A stretch of 64,000 nucleotides of DNA from Octopus sinensis (Eukaryota), in contig NC_043003.1 of assembly GCF_006345805.1 (NCBI RefSeq), positions 31,682,001 through 31,746,000 on the forward strand, in the 5' to 3' direction. The notes under the pieces are model-generated. The model was not told where the DNA came from. It saw only the letters and a list, made by a program, of their open reading frames with translations, and ran no database searches. Shown here one piece after another: positions 1 to 13,739 of this stretch (position 1 is its first letter; each line of letters begins with the position of its first letter). The translations under genes and the position numbers were made by a program.

Positions 1-399
1 TCGTCTGAAGACTTCTGCCTGATCGGAGCTGTTACTGATGTTGCAATTTGGTGTCTCAGTCTTCGCTAAGTCAAGCGGGAGCTTGAAAGTGGAGTGAGCT
101 GTCCTGCCGCCTGGCAACAAAGTAGCCGCAATTCCAGATGATGCCACAGCTAGGGCAATGCCTTGTGTTTGCCTAATCTCAGCCAGTATTAATTTGACAA
201 AAGTTTTCCCAGTGCCCCCAGGAGCATCCAGGAAAAAAATCCCCCCAGCTTTGGCCCGGACTGAATTAACAACGGAGTTGTAAGCAAACTTCTGTTCTGG
301 AAGGAGCTTTGGCTCATTGTCGGCTATGTACTCGGCAAGCTCGTCAACATTAAAACGTGTCTCTCGCAGCAAATGTGAAGACAGAGTGTTTGTGCCTAC
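1..399 (-). mobile_element. Helitron Rep/Hel fragment (PIF1-family helicase, Walker A region), running off the window edge
   Basis: Stop-free minus-strand frame: ...LLRETRFNVDELAEYIADNEPKLLPEQKFAYNSVVNSVRAKAGGIFFLDAPGGTGKTFVKLILAEIRQTQGIALAVASSGIAATLLPGGRTAHSTFKLPLDL... The FLDAPGGTGKT, AVASSGIAATLL and GGRTAHS motifs are typical of Helitron PIF1 helicases. Confidence 0.9.
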
Positions 400-400
400 A

Positions 401-475
401 CATGCCAAGTCACCACACAGTGGGACTGAACCCAGGACCATGTGTTTGGAACGTAGTTTGTTACCACACAGCCAC
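401..475 (-). mobile_element. tRNA-derived SINE head (octopus OR/OK-type), abutting the Helitron fragment
   Basis: Reverse complement GTGGCTGTGTGGTAAC...GGGTTCAGTCCCACTGTGTGGTGACTTGG resembles the head of the longer copy at 40748 (A-box/B-box-like). Confidence 0.75.
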
Positions 476-1660
476 ACCTGCCCCTATGTATGTGTGTGTG
501 TGTGTGTACGTAAGTGTGTATGGGTAGATATATTATGCATGTATATATGTGTATATATATATGTGTACATATTACATGTACATCTATATATATACATCTA
601 CACATAAAATAGAAAATACAAAGTTATATCTTGATATCGCTAGTGATAACAATACTCAAAATATATAACAGACTGGAATTGTAGGCCTGTCTCTTGCAAT
701 TTCGATCAATTGGATCTTGTCCTCCCTCTTGTATAGAAGTGTACGGCTGCAGCGAAATTCGTTTTTGGACTTTCTTCTATCGAAGGCATTTTCACAAAAA
801 TGCTTCCGTAAAGACGGTGAAAATATTGTCAATTTCCCCAAACAGGGACACAATTCAATTTTTAAACAATAACCAAAGCCCCTTCTCCGAAAGGGGGAGG
901 GTTAGGGTTTACAATTATTTAACAAATGCAACACAACAACGTTTCCCTGGCGAGGAACCAACAAACATGATTACAATAGTCAAACAGTAATAATAATAAA
1001 AACAAACCTTTTTAAATTATCCCCATTTATGTGAAACCGCTTATTCAAGTCCAAGTCATTGATGGAATTTTATACGAATTGCTAATACACACACACACAT
1101 AATAAGGGTGAAAAATTGAATATTAATTTAATTAATATGAACTGAAAACCAGTGGTGTAGTATATAAGACCATACCGGATCTTCCTCTTGCAAAAAGGAT
1201 GACCAGTATTAATGGCTCAACCCTGTTATATAAATACTTTCACTTTAATAGTTTCACACTTGCAAAGAGAAAGTAGGAGAAAGTGTGGTGGTAATAGCAG
1301 GAGTTAACCACTTGAAATGAGAGAGGCAAATCGTAAAATATTGCGTTTTCTCAAATTTTTGCTTAATTGGGGGTCAAATTGAAAAAACTTTACATGCCAT
1401 GACCCAATCGAATCTACTTGGAAAAATCATAGGTAAATTCCAATTGAAGAAATTCTATATTGTAGAATTGTATTAAAAAGAAACATGGGAACAGGCAGAG
1501 AAAATCTGCCTTTTATCATAAGAGATATATACATAAAACCTATATTATGCATCCGAAGATGGCGGTGTATTTCAAATTGATATAAGGCTTGCATTGTTCG
1601 TTTAAATGGAGCCGCCTGAAACGAATGTATGGCACTAATACCTTGACATCCTTTTCTTTC

Positions 1661-1803
1661 TGAGTTCAAAATCTGCCGAGGTCGACTTTGCCTTTCATAC
1701 ATTTGTGGTCGATAATTTAAGTACCAGTTGCGTACTGGGTCGATCTAATCGACTAGTCTCCTTCCTTAAAATTTCTGGTCTTGTACCTAGAGTAGAAAAG
1801 AAT
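1661..1803 (+). mobile_element. SINE body/tail fragment
   Basis: GAGTTCAAAATCTGCCGAGGTCGACTTTGCCTTTCAT...AAGTACCAGTTGCGTACTGGGTCGAT matches the minus-strand copy at 36290-36526. Confidence 0.75.
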
Positions 1804-1917
1804 ATCATGATATACGTTTTACTTACTTGCTTTTTATTCACCTTACTTCTAACTCTGCGAATAATACCGGACTGATTTGGTGCCTCAACTTAAGTATTTA
1901 ATTCAACTAAATCTTAA

Positions 1918-1939
1918 TATCTATCTATCTATCTGTCTG

Positions 1940-2014
<75 letters not shown>

Positions 2015-2060
2015 GTCTACCTACCTACCTACCTATCTATCTATCTGCCTACCTACTTAC

Positions 2061-2118
<58 letters not shown>

Positions 2119-2220
2119 CTATCTATCTATCTATCTATATCTATCTATCTATCTATCTATCTATCTGTCTACCTACCTACCTACCTACCTATCTATCTAT
2201 CTATCTGCCTACCTACTTAC

Positions 2221-2291
<71 letters not shown>

Positions 2292-2306
2292 ACTATCTAT
2301 CTATCT
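1918..2306. repeat. (ATCT)n/(ACCT)n tetranucleotide microsatellite
   Basis: Directly visible tandem ATCT units. Confidence 0.97.
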
Positions 2307-3091
2307 AGTGAGAGAGAGAGAGAGACAGACAGACAGAGACAGAGAGAGAAGCACACCCAACCACACACGTTTTGCACTTTAGTGTCTATTACAGACATAT
2401 ACGGAAGGCGTGGAGTCAGCGACTGAATACTGAGAGAGAGAGTGTGTGTGTGTGTGTGAATGTCAGAATTGATAAGATAAAGAGAATAAGAGAAACACAT
2501 AAGCAGACAACTCTCATGTGCAAAGTATAAATTGAATAATATTTTACTAGAATGTAAAAAAATGCAATAAATGAAAGTGTAACACATAACTGTAAGAAAA
2601 TCACTCAAAGACACAACATCAAAAATACTATTCAAAGTATGAATGTTCGTGATTAGATTAAATATTATGTTAAGACAGATCATTTCGGTGATACACAAAT
2701 TAGATTATTCTTTTAGAAGTAAGTCTGAGAGAAATAGAAATACAACGTCATTTATTAAATTCATCAATTCCCAGTTAAATATGAGAAACTAATTATGACT
2801 TTATTTAATCTTAGCTAAAATTATATAGAATAAAATTATATTAGATATTATGATTATTCATCTCGCTCAGATGTATATACAATAATACAGACATAAGCAT
2901 ATGTATGTATGAATATACACGAATGTATCTTTACATATATATACTTATAGATATATGTATGTGAGTCCATATACATTTACATTTATCATTATGGGAGTTT
3001 ATCCTTCTGCCTCACTCTATTGCTCTCTCTCTCTCACTCACTACACAAAATGACACACTCACACACACATATGCATACATGCTTACATCTC

Positions 3092-3092
<1 letters not shown>

Positions 3093-3128
<36 letters not shown>

Positions 3129-3129
3129 A

Positions 3130-3200
<71 letters not shown>

Positions 3201-3201
3201 A

Positions 3202-3268
<67 letters not shown>

Positions 3269-3439
3269 ATCTAGCTAGCTACCTACGTACCTACCTAACT
3301 TTCTATGTATCTGTCTCACTCTCTTTCTGTTTCTTTCTTTCTTTCTCTCTCTCTCTGTCGCTGCATCCCTTCATCCACGCATCCATCCACGCATCCATCC
3401 ATCCATTCATCCATCCATCCATCCATCCATCCATCCATC

Positions 3440-3470
<31 letters not shown>

Positions 3471-3490
3471 GTATGCATGCATACATACAT
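3093..3490. repeat. Compound microsatellite (TATC)n, (CT)n, (CATC)n, (CATA)n
   Basis: Directly visible. Confidence 0.95.
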
Positions 3491-3915
3491 ATATATTTAC
3501 TATATATTTTGAAAGGGAATTTGGTAGCGCCACCTCTAGCCGAACACTTATTCTGCGCTGCTGAAAGGAAATAACCCGAAAATCGAGATACACAGATATT
3601 ATTTTGAGCTGAATAATATAAGGAAGTATAAGAACAGAGATCGTGTCGTTTAGCGACCTGGAGACGATGTCTCCAGGGGCTAAATTACAGCAACATTCGT
3701 CCTAAACCAGGACTGCCATGTTATGCTGGCAAACATCTTTACTCCAAAGTACTGTTGCTGAATATCTCTCGTTGTGAGATTAAAAATAGTAATTTTCTAA
3801 CTCTGATTATATTTCTGATTGGCAGCTACCTATACTCTTTGTCTGTCTCTCTGTCTGTCTGTTTGTCTATCTGTGTATCTATCTGGAATATATATATATA
3901 TTATATATATATATA

Positions 3916-3946
<31 letters not shown>

Positions 3947-4025
3947 ATCTATAATCATTAACACATGTATGTATATGCACACATAAATACACACACATAT
4001 ATTTACATGCATGCATGCATACATG

Positions 4026-4073
<48 letters not shown>

Positions 4074-7000
4074 ATGGACGTATATATAATTTACATAGAG
4101 GAATCTAAAGAGACATCAGTTTTTTGAGTTAACATAATTGAGTTGCGAAATGTAATATCCTTCATTTCCTCTCCTTCCTTTTCTTTTGACATAACGATTG
4201 TCAGCAGTGTGCATTTGTTGAAATTAATTACATTTAATTATTTAGAAATCGTATTAGGAACAGATAAATTGATTTAGCAATTTCCTTTCGACAAATCCAA
4301 CACCCAATGTTTCTGGAAATCGCAGCTCCTTACTCACAAGCTATTTAATATTTAATTTTTAATCTTGATTATTCTTGAAACCAGCTTACACCAAATAGAA
4401 CAACTAACACCACTAAAAACCAAAGTGAGAATCTGTACATGATTGCTCGACCTGGTAGAAAAAATCAGCTAAATTCCGGCTAACCCACTCATGAACATTA
4501 CAAAAATGATACATATAAGGTAAATAGCTTATAAAATACCAAAGTGAGAACCTCTACATAGTTTTCGACTTGATAGAGAGAAAAAAAAAGCTAAATTCCG
4601 CTGAACTCATCAACATTACAAAAATAGATACATGTAAAGGAAATAGCCTTGATACATACAAAAATAATGTGAGATAGTCTATCCTGGATTTTGTTAATCA
4701 TAGTTACACCCAATCAGTGCTGAGCTGGGATAAACCAACAACAGATCTATCTACTAGCCAAGGACAGGAATTTCTTAGCGGGTCAGACTGCAGGAAATAA
4801 TAAATCAAAATCCCTTAGATAGAGTTTACCTTCTTAAAATACATAAATACCCACTGGGTGGTAATAATTACCATTATTGATAGGGCTTCGAGAAATATTT
4901 GCTTGCAATTTCTATCAGGTTGGTCAACTATGCAGATGATCTTCCATTGCTCTGGTTAAGGTTTCTGGCAAAACAAATGAAGGATGATACAGGCATTTGG
5001 GATTGAATTATTTCGTCAGTATTCTAGGGCAATATCTGATTTTTGTGTGCAGATCACTTTCCATAACCTATCACCTTTCTTCGTTAAAGAAAATTATATA
5101 GGAATAATTGATAATATTGTCCTCAATAAATTTATGGTAAACATCTCTTCTTTAATATAATATTATAGAATTAACGTAATTGACTTTTTATTTCATTTAA
5201 GGAAGTAGAATACTACATAAATAAGGAAAACTAAATATAGCCATGTTCTAAGAAATGAATTGGCTCTAATCGAGTGATATGGCTTTCACCAGAGATTGAA
5301 ACTCTACTAAAGTCATGTCTTGACAGGAACCCCAATGACAATATTATTAAAAGACAAAAGCTATAGAAACCTGAACATTTCCCTATCATACATCTGATGC
5401 CATTGCGAAAGTAAATAGACACAGAATAGAATTTTATATCATTCTTAACGGAAGATCGCCTTAGGTGAAGTATAATAGAATTACGGGAAACATTTTTTAT
5501 CTTTTTATTCTTTTTTATTCATAAATACAGACACTAGCTATCTCGTTTATTTATGAAGAATATGAGACTAACTTTAATGTATTCTGTACTAACAACATAA
5601 TCTTAGTGACGTCTTGACGGTTAATTTAATATCATATGCACGGCTTTAGTTGAAGTTATAAGATATTTTCTTACAAATCGGTTGGATGATTAATGACAAA
5701 CTGACAGCTACTTATAAACTTTTGTTGATGTTTAACCTCTGGTCAGTTTTGATAAAGCAGACCTATGATCCAAATGCATTCCAACTTTGTCCATGTCATC
5801 TTTCCTATTTGTTTGGGACACAGTGTATCTGGAAACAAAATCCAATGTGTTCTTGTAATTTCTTTCTCCAGTTAATCTTATCGCTCGAGCATCACCATAC
5901 TACTAATTTTTCGTTACAATTCACAGTTGAAGTTTCCGAAAATCATACACTACCCTCCCAATATAGTAAGGGAACATTGCACTATATCGTCTTCTTCTTC
6001 ATACTAACTTGGAACAAAATGACACAACCCTTATGGCCGGAAGGCTTTTCCTCATAGATCAGCTGAATCAGAATTAGATTATAATGAAGCAGTCTTAACA
6101 AAATCATGGTAATTAATTATAGTGAGTTATAATAAGCCAGTAAAAACTGAAATATCTTGAGTAGTCCGAGTGCATTCTCGTCTCTTCTCCGGCTAGTCAT
6201 AACGCTCTACATTAATACAGGATTAATGAAGTTAAAGAAAGTTTAACACAATGATAACATTCTTGCACATACAAGTTATTGTTGAACAATAAATAAGTTC
6301 TAATTGAGCAGATATATGAATAAATGAATTCTAATCCTCATTCTGTATGTTTTAAACATATTGTATTCAGAGCAACATTTTGTACATATTTTTCAAGATG
6401 ATAGTTTATGATTGAAAATAGATTTAGGTGTTGCATCTTGCAGCATGGGTGACCTTTTGAAGCAGAACAAATTACACTTCATAAACCCTTTTTTGTCACA
6501 GTTCCTACGTTACTAAGACAGTAAGTGGGTTGTTATTAGAACATTGAATAAAATTCTTCACAGCATTTATACGAACTCTCTGCGCCTTGTGCTCTAAGTT
6601 CAAATGCAAGTACGATCAAATGATCTATTGGTCTTTCGATAACAATATCAAGTTACAACTCGTGTTGTAGTTCGAATGAATTGTAAAATTTCTGGCAACA
6701 TTTTGCATTCCCCAAATAATGTCTGCGGTGGCAATGTGCGAAGCTCTATCGACCTGTATGTAGCCACTATTCTCTAGGATAAATTTAGTTGCATTGTGAA
6801 AATAAAATTTCTTGTATGGAAAACTACGAATCTTCCACAAAATTGGTGGTGAAATCTGGCAGATACACGGTCAATCTGCTTGATGAGTTTCCAATGCCAT
6901 GTTATTAAATACTGATGAGTAATGCGTTAGTGTGCTGTTTGTAACATCTTGAATATTTAATTCACATTTTAACGTGGTTTATATACTATTACAACTACAG

Positions 7001-7075
7001 AATTATCGAGTGTTGGGAAACTTCCTCGCCATATGAAGTATGATGCTGTTTGTTTCCAATTTAATTGTCGCTAAT

Positions 7076-7305
7076 TGTTGTGTGGACGCCCCCAGATGAT
7101 GAAGTAGACTAGCCCAATATGTAGATATAGAGGGAGAAGTCTAGACGTTGTGGAAGAGTAGAGTTGAGTAGCAGTTGGTAGACTAGAACAGAGTAGCGTA
7201 GAGTAGCGGTAAGAGTAGAAGCATCCGAACGTGCGACATAACACTAACATTAACCTTGTGTTTTATTTTGCTAGTCAAGTGCTCAACTCGTTTTAGTCAA
7301 TAACA
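7076..7305 (+). mobile_element. Possible solo LTR
   Basis: Begins TGTTG and ends AACA, with a purine-rich AGTAG-repetitive interior and a late T-rich block; no clean TSD found. Confidence 0.3.
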
Positions 7306-7349
7306 CATTACCCTAAATCTTTTGACTGATCGTCAGTATTAGAAATCTA

Positions 7350-7786
7350 GGATCTTTTCGGTTTGAACAGCAGTTTTTAACATAATTTCTAGGTAACTAA
7401 AATATTTTAAACTTCGTATACTGGTAGAATGTGTTTATAAAACATCTTTTACTCTTGGCTTTATTGAGAAAATTCTATAGTTTGTAAGATATTTGTTGTT
7501 TTTTTTCTTTTTTTCTGCAATTTCAACCAATCAAATACGTCCATTTAGGTAAAAACATTCTGAACCGTATGAATATGTCCCTCGTTTAAGAAACAAATTA
7601 GGTTTATTTACATTTGTAAAGAAAAAGGATACCTTCCCCTACTCCTAACCCTAACCCTAACTAACCCTAACTAACCCTAACCCTAAAACAGATTGAAATG
7701 CAATAGATCGATGCTAGGGTCATAATTATGGGTGACAATTTCATATGACACCGCTAGAAAAACTGCCGTTCAAACCGAAAAGATCC
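7350..7786. mobile_element. MITE (non-autonomous DNA transposon) with 29-bp TIRs, 8-bp TSD and internal telomere-type repeats
   Basis: Left TIR GGATCTTTTCGGTTTGAACAGCAGTTTTT (7350-7378) vs right AAAAACTGCCGTTCAAACCGAAAAGATCC (7758-7786), 1 mismatch. Flanks GAAATCTA / AAAATCTA (7/8 match). Confidence 0.85.
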
Positions 7787-10700
7787 AAAATCTATTAGAA
7801 ATTTATTAAATGAAAAGATGAGTTTGAAGAAATTGCCGTATTTATTGATTTATTGAATTTGGTAGAAATCAACTTTACTGTAACTTATAATGTACATAAT
7901 TAAAAGTTCAATATATCAATGAGGAGAGTTGTTAGTATATTAGATAACGATTACTGGGTTTTCTTAGTTCTACCTGCTGTAATCCAAACAAGGATGTCAT
8001 TATTATAAAAAAAAAAAGATGATGCATGGCGTGTATTCAATAAAATGAGTATTTCTTTTATGCTACATAAATCCTCATAGAAAACATACACAAGCAAACA
8101 AAAAAGTAATATACATATTCCCGATACAACATTATCATTTAAACAGTTTAGCTTTACTTTATGTAAAGTGGTATATCTCGTAAATGTATTGGAATATTTT
8201 CGCTTCCCTGACCATAATTAATACCTCACAGGAAAACGATTCACAGCTGATAGTTCGGATAGTTTATCAAACAAGGCCAAGCTTTGTGTAACCATTCAAA
8301 TGAAATACCATCTACAATCAGTAAATAATATCCGTCTTTGAAGTAGACATAACTATAAAATGCAAGAATCCCTGACCTATAAAATATAACGTGAAAAGCG
8401 ATAATATTTATTGATAATATTTAGCAATGAAAGAGGCAAGTACCATAGAATAAAAGGTAAGTTATTCAAGACGAGCCATCATGCGCTTTCGATCCACGGT
8501 TTAAACTTCACGTACTTCTCAGTGGAAAAGTGTAAGAATGTCGCACATTACAATATTTAGCTGCAAAATTGGGAAATTGATAGAATCCTCATATTTGTAT
8601 ATAGAATAATTCATGTCTTCTGACACTATACTCTGAGTTGAAATCTCACCGAGGTCGAATATCCAATTCACTTTTTCAGGGTCGTCAAAGAAGTGTATTG
8701 GCGGAAATGCAAAACCGTCAGACGGGGTACCTTGCGATCTCTGTCATACCTCTTTGCATTCTGATTTCATATCTTGTCATAGGCTATTTGAGTAGCAAGC
8801 TATTGAGTAGTAGACTTCATCCGTCTCCTGGTGAACTGCTACAAGCATCGGAGCTAGGTCACTGGCTTGAGGGTGATCTAACTCAGTCTCAGAGACATTC
8901 CATAAAGTTATGAACACTGTCTTCACTCTTGCTTAAGCGAAACAAATATTACAAATATCGTAGCATGAATGACACACAGTCAACAAGGAAATAACTACAA
9001 CCGAATTTCAGTTTCAGATTGAACTCCCTTGTATGAGAGCTACAGAAATAAATTTGGTGGGAGGATAAGATCATGAAAATACACAAGAGGCACCAGCATT
9101 TAACCAAGTGACAAATATAGATATGCTCAGTTTTGTGACATAAGTTTTATCTAAATAATCATTATGTTTTCTCTCTTAGAGATGAAGTAATCTTTAGCGT
9201 CGAAATTGATCTCATTCATACTGTCAACATAATAGCCGATGGTTATAATTTTACAAGAAACACTAAACTCAATGTGTAGCAGTCTACCGAACTGAATATA
9301 TGTTACACGAGAAAGCACAACTAACTGTCAAATTCAGAGAAGGCACCATAAACATAATGACTACTTCATAGGCTAGCATTGGTGACATATAGCGCTTTGC
9401 ATCTCCCTACATGGAGTAGAAGTCGACATAACTCCACGCTGTGGTTCCTCATTAGAAATTTAAAAAATACATTAGCATTTTTATCTTTATAAACTGAGAT
9501 GGAGTAATATAAGATAAGAACTACAATATCATCTCAAGCGCTCAAACCTGACCTCCTGCTTTATAGGAAATATTTCGAAGAGAAAAAATTCCTAGTAAAC
9601 ACCAACTAATTTTTTATGTTTAGGTATCTTATGGGGTACTGTAGTTTGGTGTTTCATTCCGCAGATGTAGTGGAGTAATTTGATTGTTTTTTCTTTTAAG
9701 AATGAGTCTCACATTTCGCAGAAGACAAAGTAACTCATATTATTGCATCATCCATACCACGAGATACAGCTTCTTATTACACTAAGCAATCCAAAATAGT
9801 GGAGCTGATAGTGCGTGAATTTCTTTCATATAGTTTCTTTGCTATTCAGGATCACACATTTATTCAGGCAAAGCGTAATCTAAATCATTGCAATAAATTT
9901 TAACGGATTGAAAAAGAATGAAAACAACCAGAAAAAAAACACAAATAAAAGTAGTAGCCAAAGAAGCAGCAGCAAAAACAGCAAGATCACAAACTCTATT
10001 TATTTTCTCCTCGTACAACAAGGGTTTTTAACAGTCTTCCTTAAATTAATTGTGCCTGGTTAATTCCTCTAGTCATTTATTTTTGCAGTAATTGATTTGA
10101 GGTCATGCTGGGACATGACCTCAAAGTGTCTAGATAATCAAATCGGTCCCTGTACTTATTCTATTTCACAATTTGTTGCGGATTCATCAAGTTCTGCAGG
10201 TGTAACAAAGTTAGAGCTGGTTGTCTTGCAGTTAGAGACGAACGTGGATATAAAATGTTTCAATTAAATATCGCATCATGTACTTCATACTTTAAGGTTC
10301 TGACAACTCCTCTGCCCATGCTACCGCAACCAAAAATAACGTAAGAATTCCCCCGAGTATAGTACAAAATTGAGCCTGAATTTATTTATTAATTAACATA
10401 CTTCTTTCAAATCTTATATGTTGGTAGACTCTATCTCTGTATGTTGGTGCCATTTCGCTTAATGTAAATTATGAATGATGTAATTCTTTTCATACTTGAA
10501 CTCACTTCTCTAACGATCTGTGAAAAAGTTCAAATCTGCACTGTTGTACCTATTTCTTGCAAATCACTTTCACGTCATCAAATATTGTTCCCCTGGGGAC
10601 TGTCCGCCATCATTCTGAACAGGTGGAAGTCGAAGTGTTTGAATGTGGACAGTGTAGTAGAAATGTGAACAATAATCAACCTTCTTTGCTGATTTCTCGC

Positions 10701-11973
10701 TCAGTTGTGAAAGCCGTGTGATATCATTTATCATGATGAGTATAGATTGTCTTGAGATCGGTGCCTAAATGCTAATGCCTTCTTAAAGTTTGTTGAATAT
10801 CGAAATGTAATGCTTGCTGTTCACGGAACATTTGCTTCTGTCTGGAAGTCATTATTTATCTGCAATAAAAGAGAAGAAATGTTATCGTAGAGGAAGAGTT
10901 ACTCTTCCCTACAAACATATGCATTATGAACAACGTTAGTTACGTAAGAAAAAATAATGCCCACTTTTCCATTACTTTTGTTACAACACTCTTATAATCA
11001 TGCTTGGTGAATGTTGAAGAAAAAGCTAACACTAGATAAGATGAACAGTGATAAAATTTCGACTTCCGATAAAATCTTCTCACTACGGTTGAAACGGTAC
11101 CTCACTGGAAAACGCATAAACATAGCAATATCCAATTTCCTTTCCACAAAAGAATGAATAAACAGCAGCAAAAATAAAGAAAAAGACTTACAGAACCTAA
11201 AATCAGAATCAGATATAACGCTTTCTAAATTCAGCTTTCAGTATACTTAACACGTTTACTGGTGCAAAACGAAATTTGAATAAGTTTTAGTTTAATGTTT
11301 GATGGATTGGAACAAGGAAATGAATGTTAATATGCTTGTGCCTCGAAAGCGATGTATGCAATACACTTGACTGGCTGCAATCTGAAATAGAAAAGTTACA
11401 AACATTTCTAGGAAAAGGAAACATTTTCTTGAAGTAAAAAGAAACGAAATAAATTTATTTTTAATAAAGCTCAAATACTCCTTTTGCTTTACTTGACGAA
11501 TATTTAAAAAACATGAGTGACTATGCAGCTGGAAAACACTAAACTGCAAAACAAAATGCGTAATTTATAAGCAATATGTGTGGCGATAAGATTTCCAAAG
11601 CGGAAGGCCCTAAAGCTATTAATAAAGAGGATTATTGAACTGTTCATCTAAGAGGACAGACAATTTATCGATTTCTTAAATGATAAATGAAAATATAATT
11701 TTAGACCATGCTAAATTTCGCTGAAAGACAGTCAATCTAATGTCTTCAGCAATCCTCTTCGGAATTTAATTTGCTCCATAGTGGAATATATTTTGCTGCA
11801 GGTTCCAGGTAACATCATGTAATAGAAATTAATGTTATGGATGATTAAAGGTCATATGCTTGGAATAGTGGTGAGATATCGATCACCATTCGAAATTGAA
11901 TTAAAGAGTTAGAATAATGGATGGATGGGAATTTTTATCTGTCTATCTATCCATCTATCTATCTATCTATCTA

Positions 11974-12031
<58 letters not shown>

Positions 12032-12999
12032 CACACATAATATATATTTATATATAAAACTGATAAGAGTAGACATTAAATCTTGCCCTTAGCCATATAT
12101 ATAATATAGGTGCATTAAGGCTGAGTGTTTAAGACATTCGTTTTGCAAGAAGTGTCCTGAGTTCAATTATACTGCATGGAATATCGGGCAAATACCAGTT
12201 TTTGCAATCTTGCGTTTACACATTCATTGTAAGCGAAATGTGTCGGTGAAAATCAGTTGATTCCACCTGGATAGATTATGTCAGTAGTTCAATAGTTAAC
12301 TCTCTTAAGTTGTCTTTCATTTAGATTTAAGTCCAAGGTACACTTGTCTGAGCAAAGCTCTTCCTAGCCATTTAATTTTATTTCAGTTGAATCCATCCAT
12401 CCATCCATCCATCTATACATCCATCCATCCATACATCCATTTATCCATCCATCCATCCATCCATCCATCATCCATCCATCCATCCATCCATCTGTATGTG
12501 TCTTCATTAATAAACACAATATATATTTTCATGAGCTACGAATAGTTGCATGCAGTGAAAACATTTCAGCCAGCATTTTTAAACACGTCTAGTGCCTTCA
12601 GGCAATCCTCAGTCTGTGCCTACATGGCATAACGAGCTAAACAGGATGGTAGGATGAAAGAAAAGAAAACAAAACGAGAAAAGGATTTGATTCCTTTCCC
12701 CCTGCATACAGGTTACATGCTTTTGATCCGTTGACATATGGCGTAGATTTTTCAACTATTTTACACTTTATTTTATGCGGTGTGGCATTAGACTTCAAAA
12801 CCCATAAGTGGCTAGCCGAATTAGTTGTTTTACTTTTGTCCTTCAGACGTAAGGAAGATATGTGGTTAGCATAGCGATTTTCAGAGTCGCGTTCACAGAT
12901 CCTGATGTATCATAACTCTTCTTTTCGTTTATGTTATCAACTAGCGTTGCTGTAACTTCTACCACTTATACAACGGATCTAATCATGCATGCCTGGTCG

Positions 13000-13150
13000 C
13001 GTGGCTCTATGGTAAGAAGCTTTCCAACCACATGATTGTGAGTTCAGTCTCACTGTATGGAGACTTGGGCATGTGTCTTTTACTATAGCCTCCGGTCAAG
13101 AAAAGCCTTGTGAGTGGATTTGGTGGACGGAAACTTAAAGATGCTCATTG
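13000..13150 (+). mobile_element. Degenerate tRNA-derived SINE (same family as 40748)
   Basis: GTGGCTCTATGGTAAGAAGC...GAGTTCAGTCTCACTG...AAGCCTTGTGAGTGGATTTGGTGGACGGAAAC aligns by eye to the 40748 copy. Confidence 0.7.
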
Positions 13151-13241
13151 TAAATATTTGTAAATAAACCCGGAATTTTGATAAGTTACGGAGAAAGAGC
13201 AACTACGGAAGTATTTTTATATAATAATAGCTTTATAAAAT

Positions 13242-13244
<3 letters not shown>

Positions 13245-13312
<68 letters not shown>

Positions 13313-13345
13313 TATAATAATTATTATTATTATTATTATTATTAT
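13245..13345. repeat. (AAT)n followed by (TAT)n microsatellite
   Basis: Directly visible. Confidence 0.95.
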
Positions 13346-13739
13346 AAACATACACCAATTAAAGCGACATTATCTACACAACTGAATGAAAAATTTTGAG
13401 CTTACCCAGGCTAGAATCGAACCCACGGTCAATTGTTTAGATAATGTCGCTTCAATCGGGATATACATATATGATGAATATGATACACACACACATGATA
13501 GAGATAGACACCCCATAAAATATTGTTTTATATTTATTCTAACCTGTAGAGATTTATATTTTTTTAGTAATTGACATTTCTATGCTTCAGGTTCTATATA
13601 TGACTGTTTATCCATGTCATGTACGAAAGAAGCCTTGAAACTGTCTGAATTTCTAAGAGACCATATTCCATATTCCGAAGGTCGACATGGTCAGCAAAAA
13701 TCACAGAAAATCTTAGGATCCCTCTTTCTACTGTTTATA

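Noticed and set aside
1877-3593. ORFs such as YLSIYLSI..., HPSIHPSI... (also the YIYI, CVCV and THTH ORFs throughout the window)
   Set aside because: Translations of tetra- and dinucleotide microsatellites that lack stops by construction.
6625-6840. 71-aa minus-strand ORF as a host exon
   Set aside because: No recognisable family motif and no convincing pair of splice sites.
7644-7686. Chromosome end or fusion scar
   Set aside because: Short, imperfect tract lying inside a TIR-bounded MITE.
10560-10860. Minus-strand exon after a strong acceptor at ~10860
   Set aside because: All three frames hit stops within about 30 codons; at most a UTR exon.
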